Assembly: GCA_037379345.1 (NCBI GenBank) | Contig: CM074518.1 | Span: 23,932,001 to 23,996,000, forward strand | Direction of reading: 5' to 3' | Origin: Perna viridis | Taxonomy: Eukaryota | DNA: 64,000 bases | Shown here: positions 54,658-64,000 of the stretch, piece by piece | Layout: each line of letters starts with the position of its first letter | Position numbering within the stretch: position 1 is the stretch's first letter | Program-made: the position numbers and the translations under genes | The notes under the pieces: generated by a model | Seen by the model: only the letters and a program-made list of their open reading frames with translations | What the model was told of the DNA's origin: nothing | The model's database searches: none

Positions 54658-54979
54658 CTGTTAAATATAACAGTAAGGAGGTCATTTTCAAAAGAAAGTT
54701 AAGTAAATGTTTATGAAAATTAAAGACTTGAAATTGTGAGTCCAAATTCAAGTACGCAGATACAGTTTAAAAACAATTATCATTTTGGCAACAGAGTAGG
54801 CGGTTCAGAAAGGGGGTTCTAGGCTAATATTCGCCCAAAATAAAAAAAAATCCCATGAAACCAAAAAAGAGTCCAATTACCGGATCATATCCTATAGATC
54901 CGCAAGGGGAGTCTAGTTATTGAATATTTGCCACGTATGACAAGAGAAATTAAATGTGTATACCAGTAAATGTATTGAC

Positions 54980-55258
54980 CTTTCATCGTTACGTTAAATG
55001 TTTGTACTGTTAATGAATTATCCAAGCAGGTATAGACTCCTATGTCGTCTTGGCTCATATTTGTAAACTTCAACTCATACACTCCAATGCTGACATTAAC
55101 AATAACATCCAAATCTTGACTATTGTTCGGACCGTGTCTTCTATTTATGAATATGTTTTCATTGCCTTTAATCCACACCAATGTTTTATTGAAACCTTCA
55201 ATAGGGCAACTCAAAACCAACTGTTCTCCTGGACATAATTCTCTCTTTAATACGTCAC
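54980..55258 (-). CDS. Ig-receptor gene 3, Ig domain exon
   Basis: 279 nt, phase 1/1; protein identical to the gene 1 Ig domain (one synonymous difference, at 54987). Confidence 0.92.
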
Positions 55259-57248
55259 CTAAAACCATGATTAGACATATGATATACAAAGTAAATTACA
55301 ATTGATATAAACAACTGTTTGTCTATTTATAACAAACACAAGACAAGATCATTATAGGAAATCTTTCAAATTTAAATACTGATGTCATATTCATTTATTT
55401 ATGCAGTTCAGTAAATGCCTCATTAATTTGAAAATATCTTTGTTATAAAACACAGTGAACAATGAACTATAACAGGATTATGATACTAATTATTAAAATT
55501 TCTTGTCTTATTCCTTCAGTAAGAATAAAAATGTTTACCTTCCAATTTTTTACCCATTATATTTGTTTATCATTGTTTAAAGAACTCACAGCATAATCAT
55601 TGCATTTAACTTATATGTTTATATATGTGTGGATTGAGTTGTCTTTCTAACCATGAGACTGATGATATCAAAAAGAACATTCCTTTGGTTTTCGTGTAAT
55701 AACAAACTTAATTTGTTCGTATCCTTGAAACTTAATTGGTATTCAGTTATTATACTTTCCTCAACATCTACAATTGAAAACTAAAACACCGTTTTAATTC
55801 AAGGTTAATATCAATGAAAACAATCTATGCACGAACAATATTTAATGAATGTAGGTTTAAACAAACAACAGATCTGTTAGTAGGGAGAATACACACCACG
55901 AAACCACAATACTCATCATTTGCCTTTTTTTCATTTTATAAATCCATATTGTCATTATTTTAGTCTTCTTAAACTCGAGAACATTTTAAAAGGATGATTG
56001 ATCCTACGTTGTTTTTATAATAGGTTTTACTCCAGTTGTGGCGAATGTTGCCCAGATTAAACTATATACATGTAGTTACTTTCTTACACGGGTCGCGCAC
56101 ACAATTTTGTCCCTACGGTACTGACCAGTTGCGACGGGTAATAGTAATTGTTGAGAAATATAATCGAGTTCCAATGTAACGTTCTTTATTAGTACAAGTT
56201 TAGTAATTATTGGTGATATTTACGAATGATTATTCTTTTATATTTTTATGATATGAATAATTATGTTTGATGTGTATCTGTTATATGAAGCGCATTTACT
56301 TTGTCCCATCTATTGGTTGTACTTAGTATGCTGATTGTTTCTGTCTTTGCAATGTTGTACCGTTTCCGAAGGTCTATAATAAAACTGGCTGTAACCCATT
56401 ATAACAATAGCAACATGTTTTTTGTTTTAAGCCAGTCATAAACTGAATATTGATATTTGCACATATTAAGAACATAAATCATGAAAATTTAAGCAAACTA
56501 AGTATTACAATAAACTATTTTTGGCTATAAAAAGTTTGGTAACCTTGGATTAATTTGTGTCACCAGTCTATTTCCCATTATGCGAAGATTCAATAATTTG
56601 TTTTAATGCCATATATGGATTTCAATATCATTAAGTCGGCAAAAATAGACAAAACCAATCATCTTTCCTGTTATTTGGTTAATATTTAAGTGCTTTGACG
56701 CCATGATGACTGGATGCATAGGGTTAAGCCAATGTCATGTCCTTATCTTGTGGTATGTACGTTTGTTCATAGTGAGTTCAAAGAACGGGGAACCAAGAAT
56801 AAAAAAATTGCCAAAACTACGGTGTTAAATTGTTAAAAGCTCTTACTGGCCATGCTTGCCCATCTGGATGTGATTTGTAAAATATTCAAAAAAAAAAAAA
56901 AACAACTAATAAACTTTAACATCAGTGTTGTTTGTTCTAGGTATACTTTGTTGTTGCTTACCATGACAACATCCAGTAAAAAACAAACAAACAAACAAAG
57001 CCTGGATAATATACTTTCAAGGGTCTTTAATCATATAACAACTAATAGATAAGTGATGACTAAAAAATGTAGTAATAAAGAATGGAAGTTAGCATGTCCA
57101 TGTCTGTAATCCAATTTCTCTACAGTGTCCAAAATGTTGAATACATTTTACTAAATTGATGTATACTAAAAATAGGAACTTTTTTCTTATCGCATTTTAC
57201 AAATGCATATTCTTAAAAATTACAAGACGCACATTGTAAGTTGCTTAC

Positions 57249-57297
57249 CATCTAAAAGAACGGCAATTACCAATAGGTTAAGTACATAAATCTTCAT
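57249..57297 (-). CDS. Ig-receptor gene 3, signal-peptide exon
   Basis: MKIYVLNLLVIAVLLD|G with a gtaagc donor. Confidence 0.8.
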
Positions 57298-58121
57298 GTT
57301 GCACTGTAAAATTATAATGACAGAAATTCATTTATTGTGTTAAACATGATGAAGTAAATAGATTTGTATTGTTTTTGCTTTTTTTGGGGATTTAAGTGAT
57401 TTTTTTTTTACAATTTATACAGTGTACTGCCACTATAAAAACATTGTCAGAAGTTGTTACAGGTTGCCTAAACTACTAATGGAATAAAATTAAACAATTT
57501 ATATCATTGCTAGACAAAATAACATTTTTATTTATCCTGCAGTTTGATTTACAAAATGCATATGACAATTTCCCTTACCTGCTTTCATCACCAATTCAAC
57601 ATGGACTCTGAACAATGATTTGTATTTTTTTCTTTGTCGTGTTTATACTTTCAAAAATACTTCCTTATATTAATGAAGTCGAAAGTTCATAAATACATTT
57701 TAAAGTGTATTTCAGAGACCATATTACAATCTACAAAATAAAATGAAATAAGGAAGTATATGAATCACTTATTTAGATTATTATTTATTTTTTTTAAACA
57801 TTATCATAATTGCGGAATGAAATCTTGAAAATCTGAACCATATGTTATAAAGATCCATTATGTATCTATTTCTCATACCCGTTTGTGTGCAAAAAAAGGA
57901 AAATTCACATCGTAGTTGAGAGTGTAAAATTTTAAAGTCCTCGAACTCAAGGTTAATCAGTGTTTAAGGACAGGTAATGTCTATAGAACCAACGTCTGAT
58001 TTTCATATAACTGAACCAGTCGATTGGTTTACACTAACCAAAAAGATTTTTTATCTTGATGTCAAAAGAAGATATCATACTAGATAATGTTTTGTGTATA
58101 TGTGAAAAAGATCGACGTAAA

Positions 58122-58589
58122 GGCTAAAAACCACTAATTCCACTTCCCATAGGCTTCTATGCTAATTTCACAATATTCAATGGCTTCTCTGGACTTTACC
58201 TTACCTTTAACCTGCAGAGGACTATATATCAGCATGATTCTACATATGTCAGCTCACAATCCTCAGAATGGCATGTGGGGTTAGCAGACTTGCAGTGCAG
58301 TACTGGTCACCGGAAGTGAAGTGTCAATAAATAGCATGGGAAAACTCAGTGTTTTCACAAGATAGGGGTATATTTAAAAATCATTATGGAGATTAGGCTT
58401 CACATCACAAGAAGCAAAATGCACCTATAAAATGTACAGAGATATTTTTCCTTTCAGAAACTGTTTAAATTTTTTAAATAAGATGAGAACTTTTTTCACC
58501 AGAATAATGAGGAACAGGGGTAATTTCTGCGTAGGACTATTTTTGCGTACGTTGCAAATGCTCATTCGTTGAATTGGTGGTCTGTAACC
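58122..58589. mobile_element. Non-autonomous TIR DNA transposon (Kolobok-like MITE), unit 3 only
   Basis: Imperfect TIRs GGCTAAAAACCACTAATTC / GGTTACAGACCACCAATTC; 4-bp TSD TAAA (58118-58121 and 58590-58593); empty site gtaaagcagc at ~25917. Confidence 0.8.
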
Positions 58590-61500
58590 TAAAGAAGCAC
58601 AATATACGATAATTAAGGATACAAAAATATCCTAAATTAAATAAACTATTTATATATTAAAACTTAAACAGTATTGGTCAGTCAATGCGAGATATATTGA
58701 ATACTACCGACTACAATTCATGTATTTCTGTCCTTCTAATAGACTAAATGTCATTAAATATAATCATTTTTAGAATAAATAAAAGTACATAATACTTATA
58801 TTTCGCTAGCATTTCAGAAAAAGACGGCTATGATAATATTAAAATTCGGTAGCCAAAGCAATGCACAGAATTTAGATTTTATTCAAATAATTATTCCTGT
58901 TCTACAATATGTCAGCATCTACGATGCTTTAATATCAAGTGCAGCAACCATGCTGATTTTTATATGGTACAGCGGCTTCTAAGAAACTATTTTGTCTGGT
59001 TCAACATGGAGAAACATTTCTTAAGTAATAGTAGTTAAAAAAAAACAAAAAAATAAAATAAAATGAAACAAAATCATTGATTCATTGTTGGGGTTTAACA
59101 CTCTAGCAGCAATATTTAAGCTATATTCAGGCGATGAATATGAAATGGGTGATATATATGAAGATGACATCATGATGTAATTAAGAATGGGATGAGATAC
59201 GAGGATAATGAGGACTCAAATTTTGGCTAAACCTAACAGTTTTGAGGATGTATGCGAACAATTTCTGTCTGGCCTCTATGTTATATTTATAGTAATGGCG
59301 GCCATGTTTATTGACAGATCACAAAACCCAATATCAGTTATACATGTATGTAGAATACCTTAATGGACATTCGTACCAAATTCGAATTCATTTGGTCTTT
59401 ACAGTCGTGTCAGATGGTAAGATGTTTTAAAGAAAACACATTAGTTATCGCGAAAAAAAAGCAAAAAACTGCAACTTGCTAAACAAATTTATACAACAAT
59501 TTGACCACTGATAGATCGAATCATGCAGGGCCTAAGGGTTATTGAGATATAAGTAAGAAAATATCTGTCTGACCTATATGTTACGTTTTAACGGCAATGT
59601 TTTTTCGACGGATAAAAAATCCACATATCAGCTCTATGCAAACGAACTTAAGCAACAATAATACCAAGTTTGGTTAAAGTTTGCCCAGTTGTTTCAGAGG
59701 GGAAGAGTTTTGAACAAAATTGTTAAGGACGGACGCTAATTGGTGGCAAAAGCTCACGTAGCCCTTTGGATCAGGTAAGCTTAAAATAAACAACGCTTTC
59801 ACGATGATCTTGTTACCCCTGAGCGTTTGTTTACCGTTCGTATAAACGCACGATAGGAGCGTTTGTTAATCGTGTGTTTGGGGAGCGTTTTGCGTGCATT
59901 TAGGTATCGTGCGTGCGGGAAACCTCAAGTAGTGTATTCCTGCCCATGAGGTTGAAAGGTTTGCTTTGAATTCGACGTTTATTTTTTTTTTCTGTTGGTA
60001 AACAAAGTTTTAATATAGTGGTAGTTATAACCATTAATTTTTAGATCAGATGAGGTGACAACAGCCAGTTGCAGTCTTATTCAAAGAACAATTAAATTGA
60101 CTTATTACATTGAAAGAGGATATCTGTATGTGTGACATTATGATGTAACTTAACTATTTATAAATTAGGTCGCACTATCATGTGAACTAAAGTTTTGTTA
60201 AAACAAAGGAAAAAAAACAAAAAGGAAAGGGAAATGTATTTCCTCCTGATTTGTAACCATTTTGTATGTAGGAAATTGTTCATACCTTTGTCAAAGTATC
60301 GAAAAAGAATAAGGAAACAAATTATTAAATGAAATAATTAAAACGACTTACATCATAACCACATCAAGGAAAATACTATTCTATATTTTAACCGTACCGA
60401 TGCACCTGGTCCATACTCACAGTTTTAAGTGTAGTCCGAGTTGCTTATTTACTTTCCGCTAGTATCTTAGTTCCCTTGATTACTCTTTCCATATAAAATC
60501 GAAAATGCTACTATTACGTAGTGGACCAATTATCAAATTACGAGCACTAATTGTATTACAACGAACACTTCATGGTGGGTTTAATTTACAACTGAAGTCA
60601 TTTTATTATACACTCTGTTGTTTGTCAAATGTATGTGTACACTAGACAACGATCTAATGTCTGTAATTTATCTATGTACTCCTATCATATAATTTAAAAT
60701 TTTGCCATTTAATAAGAGCAAATTAAAGTTTTGTAAAACAGTGTACATTTGTATAGAGATGTATGAATAAAAAATGTATGTATCCACATTATTATGCGAC
60801 TTTGTGCATTACAGGAAGAAAATATCAGACAATTAGTTCAAAGATGATAGAGACATAACTTGCAGTAGGTTTTAACTGGTCTGGAGTAAGCTGGCATGTC
60901 AGTTTATACATTTACGTAATTTATATTTTGTTTCTTTATTTTCATTGTAACAAAGGACTCAGACCTGTTTGATCTTTAGGTGTGTTGAATTGTGTAATAT
61001 TTATTGCTAGATTTTAAAGGAAAAGGGTTGCGATTACACCTTTACCCTATTTTGCGCCTTTCTACAATCAGTGATTTCTGGCCTCTGTATATCATATTTT
61101 GTTTTCACCTTTAGTTTATTTTCATGTTTCATAAATTGATAGGACAACTCTTTCTATGTACCTGTGTATAAGGATGTTTTGTGGCTTGCTGCAGCCTGAC
61201 CTGTGGTATGAAGGTATCCTCCTCCTGAATTAAAGACCAATGGGTAGTCTTGTTCTGACATTTTCCATCCAAGGGTTTGGGAGTTGCTGTCGCTTTGACA
61301 TATACATTATACCTATTCTCGTTCGTAATATTATATTATTGAGATTCTAGATTTCAAATTTTGTACAAACTACGCGTGATGATGCCCATATCATTTTTAA
61401 TGACGCCACTTTTGTCGTGATATGATTTGTATAAATTTGCTTTCAATAAGTTTCTGATGACTCGATTAAAACTTATTCTTATGACAAAACAAATATTTAA

Positions 61501-63589
61501 CAACATGAAATAGACTCAAACGATATGAATTAAATCTGTATTATTTTCATATTGTCATATTTTATTTATGGTAATGTCTTCGCCCATGTTATAAAAATAT
61601 CTATCAACGTAAACTCATTTTTATACATTCCTATGATGAAAACAATCAAATGAATGTAGGTATAATTTAAAATTAGGTTTTCTAAGGAAGTACGTAGTAG
61701 ATTTTTTGATATAAATGCCTTGATTGACATTACTGGCGAGGAATCCATTAATATACATTGTACATGATCGCACTTATTTTCCATTTTAAAACTTTGCATG
61801 CACACGTTCAATTATTTTGATGAATGTTGTCCATCACTAACTTGAGTCCAGACTTACCGTAAAGATTTTTAAAATATGTTTGAAAAAGTTGAAAAATATC
61901 AATTTTAGTCTGTAACATGACCATCGATAGTAACAATTGTAGTTGAAAGAGTCGCAAGGCAAGGAGTGAATAGCATGGAATAGAAAGCATGTATATTCTC
62001 TTATCCATATTTTGTTTATTTGTTTGCATATATATTTAGTTCTGTTCTGTCATTTGTTGTGGTGTTTTTATATCTTTTTTGTCTCGTTTTTTTTTCATTG
62101 CAGTTCCATTTCTGTTCCATGCATCAGCCTCCGCAGTCAATGTTCTCTAAATTACAGGTTTTTCTTTAAGCCAATTAAGGTTTTTAGATGTTTAGTTTTC
62201 TGTTTAGGTTACCCATGCTAGATCAATGGTATTTTGTGTATAGTTAGATAAGAATTACTACAGTACATTTCAATATATGTTCCATGCACATGCTCCCGTA
62301 GTCACTATTGTTTTCAATAGCAGCAGCCACGTTCCTTGGCGAAACATAGTTTTTGATGACAATTTGTATGTCATTGTTTTTGTTAATCCATGTTTATCTT
62401 GGTTTTCTTGTTTTCTAAATTAATGAACTTATCTTATTTGATTGCAAATGTCACAGTTCGGTTTAAAACCGTTCGATCTCAAACCATTCCATTGCGTGTG
62501 GAACTAACCATAAGTCTTAATTGGGATCAAAATGCCATTTCACCTTCAGGAATATCGTATACCTTTGTAATCTTAATTTACTTAAATGTACACCATTACC
62601 TCTTTGTCAATTCATTTAATTTTAGAAAAATTGTATTTCGATTTTGACATAAGATACCTGTTAATGATACGGAGTAGGACCAGAGTGTTTGTCGATTTTT
62701 TTTTAGATTATTTAACAATAGTACTTATGACTGAATATTTTAGATAGACAATCTAATAATGATGGGATCCGATCCTGGAATCCTGAATTTATGGACGCGA
62801 ATTCCCGTATTTCGAATTGAAAATAAACAAATTCCCATTTTATGGGTACCCTTCGTAATGGCAAAGTTTAAAGGTGAAGGAAACATGGAATAGAACTAAA
62901 CCATACAGGTTTCATATTGCTATTAGGTTCATCTGTAAAGACAAAGAATACAGTTGGAGAGCGTAATCAAGGGAACCAAAATTCTAGCGGAAATCAAAAT
63001 ATTGGGATCCAGGGCGAAAAACCTGACAGGGAAAACAGACATACAAAAGAAAGAACATAAAATGACCAAACATAATATGTACAAAGCAAAAATGGTAAAT
63101 TAGCAACTCGCACTCCAACAAAAACTTACCGTTAAAGTTAGCGTCCTCTGCTTTTATACAACAAAAACAAATGTTTTATATTTATTTATTTATTTATATA
63201 TATTTAGACAGGTCAAGCACATATAATACAAACATAAAATACAGTATAGATGTACACATAGACATAAACATATACAGACAAAGACATCACATGAAAAAAA
63301 TAGCATTTATATAAAACCCATAAGGATAGCCCATAAAGCCATACCTACAAAAAAGATGATTTTCAATGGGGTCCTTAAAAAGAAAAGAATACATGAAAAA
63401 CACTTGAACACTAAAATGTTAACAGTTTATGTAAATAAATTTTTTTTATACAAAAAGTGACATTTTGTAGTTAAACATAAATAAACCCATTTTCTTTTCT
63501 CCTTTTGGCTTCTTCCTTTATAACAAAGTTTAACTTCAGTTTTCAAAGAATTTGTGTTTGTTGTATTTTTAACAGTAAGTGGTAATTTG

Positions 63590-64000
63590 AACTTTAACAA
63601 GTAGGCTTCTGGAACAGGGTTTATATCACAACTCATACGTTATGCCAGAGCTTGCCGAAACTACGTCTGCGTATCGCGCTAGAACTCTAACAAATAGGCT
63701 TCTGGAACAGATTTATGTTGCTACAAGATTGAAGTCATCACTACAGAAGTTTTATGGTCGTCATCATGAACTCGTGGATCGTTATGGTGTATCCATCAAC
63801 ACCATGAAAACTGATTTATTGAACGGGTCATAGTTTTCCTTACCTCGTTTGTCTACCATGGAATTGACTTTTTATGAGCAACTCGGCGGGTGTTTCTAGA
63901 ATAGCAGGGAACGCTTACCTTACCGGTGCACCTGGTCCATGCTCCCAGTTTTTAGTGGAGTCCGAGTTTCTCATTTACTTTTGTTACTTTGTATATATGA
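63590..64000 (+). mobile_element. Naiad 3' fragment, paralogue of 30854-31511 (runs off the window)
   Basis: Same left TSD copy (63580-63589) and the same rearranged 5' junction; ORF 63642-63833 is the RT C-terminus. Confidence 0.9.

Larger units (their letters stand above)
21890..64000. repeat. Tandem segmental duplication: units ~21890-38980, ~38980-54590 and ~54590 to beyond 64000
   Basis: Colinear near-identical blocks; Ig exon offsets are 17,084 and 15,616 bp; the window end corresponds to ~31270 of unit 1. Confidence 0.95.

Noticed and set aside
1-64000. CRISPR arrays, rRNA/tRNA genes, prokaryotic operons, canonical hammerhead ribozymes
   Set aside because: No repeat-spacer arrays or recognisable RNA genes. 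The CTGATGA occurrences I checked lack the flanking stems and GAAA. This was a visual scan, not a covariance-model search.

Overview
AT-rich eukaryotic genomic DNA with GT-AG introns; the repeat types (Naiad Penelope-like elements, Meta-type SINE, Helentron-like MITE, CR1/RTE LINEs) point to a bivalve mollusc (inference). The main structure is a tandem segmental duplication with a period of about 15.6-17.1 kb, running from about 21.9 kb past the right edge. It carries three minus-strand genes for single-Ig-domain type I membrane proteins, reconstructed by hand from phase-1 exons (leader, 279-nt Ig, 54-nt stalk, TM). Genes 1 and 3 encode an identical Ig domain but join it to unrelated stalk/TM exons. 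Genes 2 and 3 share the TM exon family but differ at 16 of 93 Ig residues. This resembles a shuffled, paired-receptor-like Ig cluster. A convergent plus-strand gene (11.5-15.1 kb) encodes an atypical Ig-like domain, TM and tail, with one in-frame TAG. The window is rich in transposon remnants. One Naiad insertion has a 10-bp TSD that also encloses about 130 bp captured from a paralogue of the Ig locus, an apparent 3' transduction. Cytoplasmic exons are only partly resolved, nothing here proves expression, and an N gap at 33521-33652 means the array needs long-read confirmation.
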